Assembly: GCA_038087875.1 (NCBI GenBank)
Contig: CM076000.1
Coordinates: 682,001 to 746,000 of the forward strand
Length of the DNA: 64,000 bases
Direction of reading: 5' to 3'
Source: Malacoraja senta
Lineage: Eukaryota
Every line of letters starts with the position of its first letter. The stretch's first letter is position 1. The translations under genes were made by a program, and so were the position numbers. The notes under the pieces are model-generated. The model worked only from the letters and a program-made list of their open reading frames with translations. It was not told the DNA's origin and did not search any database. Shown one piece after another: positions 12,396-23,820 of the stretch.

Positions 12396-12427
12396 TATTG
12401 AAGTCATTATTTTTTTGTCACTTTTAG

Positions 12428-12569
12428 TAACTTAAGAAACAGAGGAAGTTCTCTCTGTGATATTGCTATCCTCGTGGTTGATATCATGCATGGATTGGAG
12501 CCCCAGACCATAGAATCCATTAACCTGCTAAAAGAGAAAAAATGCCCTTTTATTGTTGCACTTAATAAG
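12428..12569 (+). CDS. EIF5B: EIF5B coding exon ([47 protein letters not shown])
   Basis: tttag / gtgagt; phase 2 in, phase 0 out; first half of the NKID G4 motif. Confidence 0.96.
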
Positions 12570-12901
12570 GTGAGTGGTTATTTTTATTAAATGAAAAAGT
12601 AACTTTAGGTTACAACTTTTATGAATAGTCAGATTAAGTTTTTGTAATTTAGATGTTGCTTCTTCTGACCTTTTGTCCAGTTCCCCTCATTCAATAGATG
12701 GAAAGATGAGGAAGGCATTATATATTTTTTTACCCTATTATTTTTAATATGTTTTCAAACTCCTTCATGTTCATTGTTCAAACCTTCGACCTTCATGGTT
12801 GGCAAGTTTTTTTCCACATAATACTAAATGTGGGTACATGGGACAATTGCATTCGAAGAAGTACTTTGTTTCTGAATGTGTTATGTTAAAAACAAATTCA
12901 G

Positions 12902-13033
12902 ATTGACAGATTGTATGATTGGAAGAAGAGTCCAGATACAGATATCGTCACCACACTGAAGAAGCAGAAAAAGAATACAAAAGATGAATTTGACGAGAGA
13001 GCCAAATCTACTATTGTTGAATTTGCACAACAG
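12902..13033 (+). CDS. EIF5B: EIF5B coding exon (IDRLYDWKKSPD...IVEFAQQ)
   Basis: ttcag / gtttgt; 132 nt; continues NKID. Confidence 0.96.
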
Positions 13034-13226
13034 GTTTGTGAGTTTTCATTATATATCTTTATACAACGGTGTGTGGGAGTGGGGGTTCGGGAAACATTTT
13101 TGTTTGGTGTTTTATTTTTGAATTTGTTTTCAGAAATATTGTTTGTCTGAGCATAATGGCTTTTATTTATATATTTCCTCGAAATCTTTCTTATCCATGT
13201 ACCTGTCTTGGTGTTTTTAAATGTTA

Positions 13227-14221
13227 CTAGACTAAGTGGGACCCGTTGGGTCCCAGCTTCACACGGGAAGGCTGGTCCCCTAACGCAATATTCCACCTCT
13301 CCACCAATTCCAATATTGCTGGCCAGTGGGGGGGCTTTCTGGAGCGCTAGCATGGTGTTGTGGGCTGAAGGGACTGGTTTCCAGAGTGCTAGTATGGACA
13401 TTGTAGGCCGAATGGATTCTTGGGCTGGCAGCTCAGTCACACACACTCTCACAGTCACACTCACACACACACACACACACACACCATATATATGGCAGTA
13501 AACTTTTTGAATACTCACATGGCTGAGCGCCGCCTCTCCACTTTGGGGCTTCCGCAGTCAGCCGCACTTCCGCAATCAGCGTGACCTCTGCACTTACCGG
13601 AAATTACGCAATCAGCGCGACCTCTGCACTCACCGGAAATTACGCAATCCGCGCGACCTGTCCACTAAGTGGAAGTCACGAAATGAGCGGGACTTTTGAA
13701 CCAAACACAGTTGGACCTAATAAAGCATTTATTCCTTCCAAATACAGTCGGACCTAAAAAAGCATTGCAGTTTCAAGCACAGGCAGGGCAGCAGGCCAAA
13801 CAACTCATGGCATTGTCATTAAGGGCTAACAAATCATTTATTGCAAGTACATTGCAGACTCGCAGTTCAGTTGATTCACAGCTTAGAATGAGAGTCGTGG
13901 CCTCTCCCTCGCGATCTTGCAGAGTGACTGAGTCATGTCCAGGCATCCGGGGTTTTATAGTCCTGCCCCCCTCCCCCCCCCCCACCCCGGAAGGGGCGTT
14001 ACCTTCATCGTGGTGATTGACAGGTGAGAGGATCTCAAGGTTTTTTAAACACTCATAACTTTTATTTTTCATCAATGGGAAAAATCCTCAGTGCCTGCTC
14101 AGCGGAGGAGGACTGTGAGTAAGATGGCCAAAAATCATAGAGATATATGGTAGCGTTTTTTCTAAAATCAATATACAGCACAGACAGGAAGTGATCAAGA
14201 TGAGACTTTTAATTATATAGA
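13227..14221 (-). mobile_element. Non-autonomous Helitron
   Basis: The minus strand starts TCTATATAATTAAAAG and ends with hairpin GGGACCC-AAC-GGGTCCC plus 7 nt plus CTAG; inserted between host A and T; no TSD. Confidence 0.88.
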
Positions 14222-14227
14222 TAATTG

Positions 14228-14505
14228 TACCCACCTCTACCACTTCCTCTGGCAGCTTGTTCCATAAGTGCACCACCCTCTGTGTGGAGAAAAAAGTTTC
14301 CCACTGGTCTCTTTTTAAATCTTTCCCCTCTCATCTTAATCTATGCCTTCTAGCTTTAGACTTTCCTACTGGGGAAAAGACTGTGCCTATTGTCCTTATC
14401 TATGGCCCTCGTGATTTTAACTGCCTCTGCCTCAGATATTCTATTAGAGTTATAGAGCTGTACAGCAAAGAAACAGGCCTTTTGGCCCAACCCATCCATG
14501 CTGGC
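14228..14505 (-). mobile_element. Old CR1 3'-end fragments
   Basis: VHLWNKLPEEVVE motif and CR1 tail. Confidence 0.65.
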
Positions 14506-14701
14506 CAAATTTTGTTCAATGCAGCAATTGAGTAAACCTGCTTTAACATCTTCCCAATCTCATGAAATTCAATAATAAGTACAACATCTCCAATATTGTC
14601 AAAGCAATTTTCACGGATTTTGAACACAAAACATAGGGAATAACTTACCACTTTAATTGCAATAAAATGATTTAATCATATCTAAACTACTTGTCTCATA
14701 G

Positions 14702-14884
14702 GGTCTTAATGCTGCGTTATTCTTTGAGAACAAGGATCCACGTACGTTTCTCTCGTTGGTACCAACATCTGCTCACACTGGAGATGGTATGGGAAATCTT
14801 ATTGCACTATTGGTGGAACTAACTCAGACTATGCTTGCAAAGAGACTAGCTTGGACTCATGAGTTAAAAGCTCAAGTTATGGAG
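14702..14884 (+). CDS. EIF5B: EIF5B coding exon with the G5 motif (GLNAALFFENKDPRTFLSLVPTSAHTGDGMG...AQVME)
   Basis: catag / gtaagt; 183 nt in frame. Confidence 0.96.
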
Positions 14885-15545
14885 GTAAGTATTTGAGATT
14901 TATGATCTTTGATCAATTTAAATAAGCCCTTTTTTTAAATAGGATGACTGTGGATTTGCAACTAAGGATGTTTCTTTGTACCATAGGTGCATTTTTCAGT
15001 TAGGGTTACTGAGTTACAGTCTGGAGTAAGGACTTTATTTTGTACATTTTAATAACTTGAAGATATTGGGGGGTTGCAGTGTATCTTGCTATGGTTAAAT
15101 CACAAAGACCAGGGATTGAATCTATTCATTCTGGTTTTAATTCTATCTGGATAGTTTCATAGTGCATGTAATACATGAGTTATTGCATTGATTACTTGAT
15201 GTTAAATGTTCCTCTCGTTAACTTACTGTATCTCAATAAAATAAATGGTTTCCTTTTATCCCAATTTGAATTCTTCTGGTTTACAACCAAGAATGGTGAT
15301 TAAAATAAAAGTTATGCACATTAAGCTATCACAAACAGTATTGTGATAATATCAAGTGATCTGTCAACATGTAATGTTGGTTGAGGGATAAATATTGGCC
15401 AGAATTCTGTGCGGAATTATCCGTTCTTATTCAAAATACTGGCATAGGATCTTGGACATTGATCTAAGCCAGAACTTGCAGAATGGCAAAACTATATTTA
15501 TAACTGTAATTTTAATGTATTTTTCTGGATGTTCCTTCCCATTAG

Positions 15546-15707
15546 GTAAAAGCTCTTCCTGGAATGGGGACGACAATTGATGTGATCCTAATCAATGGTA
15601 TTATGAAGGAAGGAGATACAATTATTGTTCCTGGAGTTGAAGGTCCTATCGTTACACAGATCAGAGGTCTTCTGTTACCACCACCTCTCAAAGAATTGAG
15701 AGTGAAG
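15546..15707 (+). CDS. EIF5B: EIF5B coding exon, domain II ([18 protein letters not shown]...[10 protein letters not shown])
   Basis: attag / gtgtgg; 162 nt. Confidence 0.95.
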
Positions 15708-16598
15708 GTGTGGATAAAGAATTTTAATACTAATGCTGGTGTTTGACTTGCTATATTTGTCAGCAGAAGTATTGTAACAGTTCAATGGCTTTATGATAGT
15801 ATTATTCCATACAAAATTATGGCAAAAGGTCTCTGAAGCACCATTCCAACAAACCAGCTATCTTCACCTCATTATTAACATTGAAATAATATTCACCAGT
15901 CTTTGTCCATTGACTAGGTTGAGCTGGATACTTGCCTAATAACATTTATTCAATTCAATTCAATTCAAATTTATTCAATTTCCTATACATTGCTGTGTTC
16001 CTCTAGAAAAGGAACAAATTCTAAAGAAATTCAGTACATTTTTGAATGGGATGGTGAATACAATAAAACCAATGGCCAAAATCTATAATGTTTAGCATTA
16101 TTACGCAATAATTAAAATTAAATTGATTCACCTTTACAGTTAAAGATTAAAGTGTCTATATGCTGATTTGCATTAGATTTGTTTTTAAATCTAAAAACTT
16201 GGCAAGTACAGTTAGAACGCAAATTTAGCAAAATCAAATTCAAACGTTTCTTCAGTATTTGATTAAACGGTAGAAACTAAGCTTCTTTAATGGATGCAGT
16301 GACTTCAATCTGGATAGTATTAGATAGAGCCCATTAGGAGAATCAAAATCAGATTGCATGACTGTTTCTGAGTACAGCTGTTCTAGGATCCATTCTGCAA
16401 GTGAATGCATGACATTTTTATGCATCTGTTTCTCATCTTTCAGAGTAAGTCAACAATTTTGAAGTAGGCTGAAGAAAACATATCTAATATTAGCTGCTTT
16501 CATTGTTGCTATCTGTAGCCACACCTACCAGAAATAAACATGTTATTATTAAATACAATTGTGTTTTCATTAATTTTGAAAAAAAAATTCTTCCTCAG

Positions 16599-16730
16599 AA
16601 TCAATATGAGAAACAAAAGGAAGTCTGGGCTGCACAAGGTGTGAAAGTACTCGCGAAAGATCTGGAGAAATCTCTTGCAGGTTTACCACTACTAATAGCC
16701 CACAAGGATGATGAAATTGCCGTTCTAAAG
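16599..16730 (+). CDS. EIF5B: EIF5B coding exon (NQYEKQKEVWAAQGVK...DEIAVLK)
   Basis: ctcag / gtttgg; 132 nt. Confidence 0.95.
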
Positions 16731-19445
16731 GTTTGGATTTTGGTTACTTGACAATCCGATCATTTTGAAAAGAAAATAGTGTCACGAAGGGGTATGTTCC
16801 TAACAAATTGCCATATCGCTATTTTCTAAAATACAAACCCTTTTTCCCCCATTGATTCCCGTGTTCCCATGGAAATAAATTCTCAATAGTAATGTCCCTC
16901 TATGTGCATGGGTATACACAAGTGAATTCTGATTGTATTGTAGGCAGAAAGAAAGGGTTCTGTCAATTAATTAGAAATGGATGTCACATTGCTTTTAAAG
17001 TATCATTTTAAGAGATGACTGTGTCCGTTTCTGCAGCAAATCCCTTAAAGCAGCCTCCTGTTGTGAACCTGCAGTCATTGTCCTGGATACTGTGTGTATA
17101 ATTGTTGTTTGTTTATTTTTGATTCTTCATGTAAATTCTATAAGAGCGAATAACATAGAACTAGTGTCGACGCGTGATCGATAGTTTGGCCTGGTCCCAG
17201 TGAGCTGAAAGGCCTGTTTCCATGCTGTATCCCTAAACTAAACGAAATACAAAATATCCAGAAGTGTTGTAATGGTCAGCAGGTTAGCTAACATTAGTCG
17301 AGAGGGAAACCGTTGATATTTCAGTACTTTTCAATGAAACCAGGAAAAGTTACAATTAGTTTGTCCCTTTGGCCCACCGAGTTCACGCCAACCAGCGATT
17401 CAAATATGATTTAAGTTGCAGACTGGAAGGGAGATGGGGGTGGGTGGATTAAAAGAACAAATGGAAAGTCTAAGATAGGGGTTTCATGCAAGTGATAGTA
17501 TTGCTGTCAAGAGAGGGTGTGAGTGCATGATGATAACAACTAAGCTGCAGCAGGTAAAAATGTGGGGGAGATAAATGGTGAAGGGGGCAGGGGGATCACA
17601 ACAAAACATTGCAGTTGCAGCAAATCTAAAAGAAAATATTAGAAATTTCCCAACCGGTCAGGCAACATCTGTGGAGAGAAAAACCTTGTTACAGCTTGAT
17701 GACCCTTGATCAGAATGGGCCATTTCTGCTAATCTGAAGGAGCTGGTTATCTCTAGTTGTTGGATTAATTGAGTATTACCTAGTTTGAACATAACATTAT
17801 ACGGTAACAACTTGATGACTTTAATTGTCATATGTACCGAGATGGAACAATGAAATTATTTCTTGCTGCAGGTTTGTAAAGATTACTCAATAGATAACAT
17901 AATAAACAAAATGTTCAATAAATTTTTTAAACAATAGTGCAAAACAAAATAACCTGAAAGTCCCTAATGCACCCAAGATACTTTGTAGTTTGAAGTTTAG
18001 TTGGAGTCCGTAGTGTTCAATAGCCTGATGGTTGTTGGTGAAACAGCTGTTCCTGGACTACAGTGCTTTGCATTACAATGTTCTAGCTTGAAACATTTTT
18101 CTTTTCTTTTTTTTAAATTATTGAACTGATATGTTGCTTGATTTTCTGTCTACAAATCCTACCTGACGTTGAATATTTGCAGCAATTTCTGTCCTTGTAG
18201 GTATTTTAAAAGTAAACCTGCTTAAGTTTAAGAATTTATGAAATCTCTTATGAATCTTGCACAATAATGTATGTTTATTACTCACCAGTGCTAGAAAACT
18301 CCACATTATGTTTAAAGATTTGTAACAAGAAAAATTAAGCTATTTTAAAAAAAAACTGAGAGGTGTATCCACACAGTGTTCTTTTGTTTGAAATGCCTGA
18401 CATATCCTTGTACATTTTATATGTGCATAGTTTGTCCTATTTTTCTTAAGAAATAGTCTGTTTTTGATTTTCAGAATTATTGCCTAGGAAATTGGCTGCT
18501 TCACTATATTAAATCAAAAATGTTTAATTTGATCGCCTTTGTTTTTATGGATTATTCACCTGTTTTTAGTAACCCGTGGCCAAGATGTTTAATTGCACTA
18601 AGCAGTTTGGAGTATTTTTTTAATATTCTGCACTAAGTGCCCATCTACCTACACTAACATGCTAACGATGCGGGAGCTGACCCCCGCTTGCCTTGTCATT
18701 CTGCAGTCTGATTGTCAACCATATTAAAAAACAATGTAGACTAAATTTTTTTAAATCTCATATTTAATTAAAAAGAACAACTAAGGACATGTTGGAATCC
18801 TGATAAGTTAAAAGCATTAAAATATGAAGTTCTAGGGAAAAGGTCCTGCACTTTCATAATTTGTGCTTATTTTGTGTAGTTACTGTAGAGCTGTGAGGCT
18901 GAATGCATTCGGCACCTCTTCCCAGTGTTCTGCCGCTACGTCTATAAAGAATTCAGCCGCAGACACAGACCAAATGCACTGGTATCTGATATCATGCTTA
19001 TCTCAAATGAATCCATGTTTCATTGCACATTGAGTTGAAATCGAGCACGTTGAGTTGAAACTGGCAAAGTGGAACACCAATTGGCTCTTTATCAAGATCC
19101 CAGTGCACAATGTACAGTGTGTTTAAATTCATAACTCTATTCTGAAAGCAACCAGTAAATTTACAGTACTGTTCAGCTTATTTTCTTCAGGACTATACAT
19201 TTAGATTTTACGTTATAAAATTATCCTTTTTGTATTGAGCAGCATTTGAAGGCATTTTGTTTGTATGGAAATTGCGATATAATTAGAAATAAACTTGCAG
19301 AACCATTAAGATAAAACAATCTGAGTAATTAGAGGTCAATATCTTCTAGAATTAAAAAATAATAGTTTTAGTATCCTTTATGTTTATACATTTGATGTAA
19401 AATCATGACTGGCATGTAATAGCCTTGTTACATCGTTGTTAACAG

Positions 19446-19577
19446 GATGAGCTCGAACACGAACTGAAGCAAACGCTGAGTTGTATTAAACTGGAGGAGA
19501 AGGGTGTTTATGTACAAGCTTCTACATTGGGCTCTTTGGAAGCGCTCTTAGAATTCCTTCGACAGTCAAACGTGCCA
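19446..19577 (+). CDS. EIF5B: EIF5B coding exon, domain III (DELEHELKQ...GVYVQASTLGSLEALLEFLRQSNVP)
   Basis: aacag / gtgagt; 132 nt; conserved STLGSLEAL. Confidence 0.96.
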
Positions 19578-19888
19578 GTGAGTATAAGAAGTTTAAATCT
19601 CTCTTTAAAATTTATTCTTTCTGTAATATTGTTGGGGCAAGGTGAAATTCAGTCAGAGCTTACATTGAAACCAAACCAGATAAGAACAATGTCCTTCCAA
19701 TAAAGACATAAGTGAACTAGTGGACAGATTTGTTTAATTGCTTGAATTTAAAGTGCCTAGTTGCTATACTAGAATTCAAACTTTGGTATCCAGAACAATG
19801 ATTCTTGACAGCGAATGATTCAGATTTAACCAGTAATAATCAATTTTTCAGTGTTTCTTTTTCAAATAAAAACCGATTCCCTTTTCAG

Positions 19889-19965
19889 TATGCTGGGATT
19901 AACATTGGACCTGTCCATAAAAGAGATGTGGTGAAATCATCAGCCATGCTTGAACACGATACTCA
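19889..19965 (+). CDS. EIF5B: EIF5B coding exon (YAGINIGPVHKRDVVKSSAMLEHDTQ)
   Basis: ttcag / gtaagt; ends in phase 2. Confidence 0.95.
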
Positions 19966-20381
19966 GTAAGTGTGAATGATATTTTACATCTATAATCCAG
20001 GCCAATGTGATCTGACCAGTAGTTTGTGCAGGTTAGAATGTAAGAAACTGTAGCCAAAGTAAGCCACTTGGCCCTTTTGTTTCCCAATAGCTTCAAATGT
20101 GTCTTCCCTAGCCATACTTCATTATGAAGAGAAAGACCTAATTTATCAAATAAGTAGAATCGTGGATGGACGGCAGGGGATTAGGCTAGTTTAGTTTATT
20201 GTCATGTGTACAGAGGTACAGGACAGGAAATAGAGCAGCTGGTGCCAGCAGAATGGAGGAGGAGGTTCATTGGTGTAAATTTCCCTGTTAGCACAAGTAC
20301 AAAGGCAGTACTCTGTGTTATATGCTGATGTTAAATATTGCACAATGTACTTGTCAAAGTCTAACTTTAACATTGTTGTAG

Positions 20382-20546
20382 ATATTCAGTCATTCTTGCA
20401 TTTGATGTGAAGATTGAACGTGATTCCCAGGAGCTTGCTGATACACTCGGAGTCAGGATCTTCAGTGCAGAAATTATCTACCATTTATTTGATGCTTTCA
20501 CAAAATACAGACAGGATTACAAAAAACAGAAGCAAGAAGAATTCAA
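20382..20546 (+). CDS. EIF5B: EIF5B coding exon (YSVILAFDVKIERDSQE...IIYHLFDAFTKYRQDYKKQKQEEFK)
   Basis: tgtag / gtaagt; phase 2/2; IIYHL motif and long helix. Confidence 0.96.
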
Positions 20547-20787
20547 GTAAGTTCAGAACTATTAAATATTATACTGAAAGGTATGATACATGCATTACCG
20601 CATGTTTTTTAAGGGCCATGACTGGGAAATTGTTTACTACAAAATGTTATCCATATTCTTTTATCAGGGTAATAATTGTCTTGAATATATGCATATGAAC
20701 ACTTTAAATTAAGAAAGCTGTTTGTAAGCTTGTTCCTTATCTGCATTGCTCTTTCATGATAGTTAATATCTGTACTTTCCTTATCAG

Positions 20788-20926
20788 GCATATAGCTGTT
20801 TTTCCTTCAAAACTGCGAATTATTCCTCAGTTCATCTTTAATTCTCGTGATCCAATTGTAATGGGAGTTACAATAGAAGCTGGCATTTTGAAACAAGGCA
20901 CCCCAATATGTGTTCCTTCAAAAAGT
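20788..20926 (+). CDS. EIF5B: EIF5B coding exon, domain IV (HIAVFPSKLRIIPQFIFNSRDPIVMGV...PSKS)
   Basis: atcag / gtgagt; phase 2/0. Confidence 0.96.
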
Positions 20927-20959
20927 GTGAGTTTAGATATGTTTAATCCTCATTAATTT

Positions 20960-21120
20960 GTACACCAAAAAAAACATTGTCAGTATGAATTTTAATTCAT
21001 AACATTTTATAAACCTGTTTAGGTAGCTTTACATCTTAATTCACTTGTACAACACCATAATAACATTGCCAGTATGAATTTAAATTCATATCATCTTATA
21101 AACCAGTTTAGGTGGCTTTT
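20960..21120 (+). repeat. Local direct duplication, about 70 bp, two copies about 90 bp apart
   Basis: AACATTG(T/C)CAGTATGAATTT...TTATAAACC.GTTTAGGT.GCTTT occurs twice. Confidence 0.8.
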
Positions 21121-21326
21121 AATTTGTGATTATGGAAACATGAATAATTAATTATCAGAACAATTGAGAGTGATTTAATGGAGGATTATTTAGTATGTCA
21201 TTAATTCAAAAGTTAACAAGATAACAAATCCTTGCCTGTCACTTTTTATCTGGGTATCTTAGTGAGTTTAATCCTTCTGTTAAATTGCCTGTTGTGGAAA
21301 CTAATAAGGATTTTTAATTTCTCCAG

Positions 21327-21488
21327 TTTGTCGATATTGGTATTGTTACCAGTATAGAAGTGAATCATAAACAAGTTGATGTTGCCCGGAAAGGCCAAGA
21401 GGTCTGTATTAAAATAGAACCTATACCTGGGGAATCTCCAAAAATGTATGGACGGCACTTTGAAGCTACAGACTTCCTTGTCAGTAAG
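21327..21488 (+). CDS. EIF5B: EIF5B penultimate coding exon (FVDIGIVTSIEVNHK...GRHFEATDFLVSK)
   Basis: tccag / gtatga; 162 nt. Confidence 0.96.
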
Positions 21489-21807
21489 GTATGATATTTG
21501 GCTGTGAGATTGCCTTTTTTTAAATCGACCCCCCTCCCCCCACGGATTTTGACACTTTAAAATTGCCGTGCTGAAAGATTTATTTTAAAGACTTAAAGGA
21601 GAGATGGATAAATGGAACTTTTACTGCTTGTACAGCATAACTAGGAGGAGGAGTTCTTATTTCCAGTTGAGAATTTAACTTCCAATTGAGTTCATCAGAA
21701 ATAGTAGCCAGGCAGTTACAGCTCTGCACTTGTGTTGCACGAATGCATATATAAATGGTACTTAATTATTTGGATTATAGAATTTCTGTTTTACCTTGCT
21801 TCATGAG

Positions 21808-22145
21808 TTTAGTTTAGTTTAGAGATACAGCGTGGAAACAGTCCCATCGGCCCACCGAGTTCGCGTCGACCAGTGATCTCCGCACATTAACACTATCCTA
21901 CATTAAGGACAATTTACAATTTTACTAAGCCAATTAACCTACAAACATGTATGCCTTTGGAGTGTGGGAGGAAACACTCCAAAGACATACAGGTTTGTAG
22001 GTTAACCGGGGAAAACCCACGCAGGTCATGGGGAGAACATACAAACTCTGTACAGATAGCATCCGTAGTCAGGATCTACGTGGTAAGGATCGAACCTGGG
22101 TCTCTGGCACTGTAGGCAGCAAATCTACCGCTGTGCCACTGCACC
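21808..22145 (-). mobile_element. HE1-type SINE (tRNA head, V-like body, CR1-derived tail)
   Basis: B-box GGTTCGATCC on the minus strand; (CTAAA)n tail; homologous to the 27072 copy. Confidence 0.85.
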
Positions 22146-22149
22146 GAGT

Positions 22150-22480
22150 TGCCTATAAAATTATAAAAGGCATAGACGGGGCAGATGGTCGGTCTTTTTC
22201 CCAGAGTGAGAATGTCAGGGACGAGGGAATATTTTTAAGGTGAGAGCGGGAAAGTTAAAACATTTGAGGGAACGTTTTTTTTGCACTGGAAGTGGTAGGT
22301 GTCTAGAATATTCTGCTAGGGGAAGTGATGAAACCAGATAGGAGAGCAACATTAGAGGCTTTTAGACAGGCATGAGCAGTGGTAATTGAATGATATGTGC
22401 AGGTAGACGTACAGTTTAAATCTGGCATCACACATCATGGGCTGAAGGGCCTGTTGCTGTGCTGTACTTTGTTCTATGAC
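22150..22480 (+). mobile_element. Old CR1 3' fragment
   Basis: YKIIKGID motif and GGGCTGAAGGGCCTGT tail. Confidence 0.65.
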
Positions 22481-22860
22481 TCCTGAGCTATTCTGTGACC
22501 TTCTGCAATATAGTTACCCCTGGTGCTTTGCCACTTCCAGATCGTGCCTGTCAATAATGGAGCTGGTGGGCGTGAGTGTGAAATGAAGTGCCAGTTTATC
22601 TTAATTCTCTTGGTCTTCTTTTGTTGCCTGCATAAGTTACATATCTTTGATACAACAAAGTGCATAGGTATGGTTGTAATGAAGGTTGGGAATAACGGGA
22701 TCTGCAGGAAGTAAGAAATGCTGCTTTATATCATCTAGAGCTTTTATACCAACAGAGATTGCGGAGTGAGAGATACGGAAAGTGAAATGGGTGAGATTGG
22801 GAATAAGGATGCACTAGTACCCCAGTGCCCTTGTTCCTAGGAACATCCTGAGTGTCAGTG

Positions 22861-22951
22861 CAAAGGTACACAAAAATGCTGGAGAAACTCAGCGGGTGCA
22901 GCAGCATCTATGGAGCGAAGGAAATAGGCAACATTTCGGGCCGAAACCCTT
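22861..22951 (-). mobile_element. Penelope-derived mini-element (partial hammerhead)
   Basis: Same sequence family as 4724; perfect 13-bp TSD CTGAGTGTCAGTG. Confidence 0.85.
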
Positions 22952-23820
22952 CTGAGTGTCAGTGTATTTGACACTAAAAGTGGTCATTGTTAGCAGCTAG
23001 GAACCTTGTAAAAAAAAAAAAAACTGCTTCTACTTGCTGGTGCGTTGGGAAGCTGGTTGGGGACTCGTTTCTGAGCTGACGTTCCCACAGCAATCAAACG
23101 CTCAAAATTTGTCATTACCACGTGATTGGCTCTGATGTGAACGGCAGCGACAACGTGCAGAAACTGTCATAGTCATAGCCCTGAAACAAACCCTTCAGCC
23201 CAACTTGCCCATGCTGACCAATATGCCCCATCTACGCTAGTCCCTCCTGCCCACGTTTGGCCCGTATCGCTCTAAACCTTTCCTACCCATAATGTAATAT
23301 CCTCGTGTTGGGTGGACTGAAATGAGCATTGTGGGTGCTCAGCATGGAGATGTGGGGGGTTAGGGCTGAACCCGGCAGGCACAGTGAGCGCAGGTGGCTA
23401 AAGGTGACCAGTTCCACATGATCGCAGATTGGATCCCACAACCCCTCATCACCATCTGTTCGATATGAAGGAAGTTGTTGTTTTCATCTTCCTTTGTTAA
23501 GCTACGGGTCTCTCCCAACTTGGAAATTTCTCAGTGGTGACAAGCTCAACATTTGTCATTGCAAATTGAATGCTTTATTTCCTACTCCAGTTTTGGAAAA
23601 CAAAAGGAGTATTTCCAACCTATTTGGGTTCTGAAGTTAATGAAGCAAAGTGACACTTGGGTAAAGGAGTGGCCGTGATATTGGCAGTGAAGGTACTCGG
23701 GATTCAATGTCATAGTTCTGCTTCTACTTCTAATGTTCTTCAACTTATGCTCTGAGCATGCGCATTGTATGTTGACACAGCAGGTAGTCTGGAATTAACC
23801 ACCTACTTCTATGATGGCTA

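Noticed and set aside
11232..12427. Several GC-rich ORFs of 70-140 aa
   Set aside because: Products of high GC content inside a non-autonomous transposon; no recognisable domain.
12898..13518. 206-aa minus-strand ORF
   Set aside because: Spans the antisense of an EIF5B exon, intron and Helitron end with a (CA)n tract; no protein features.
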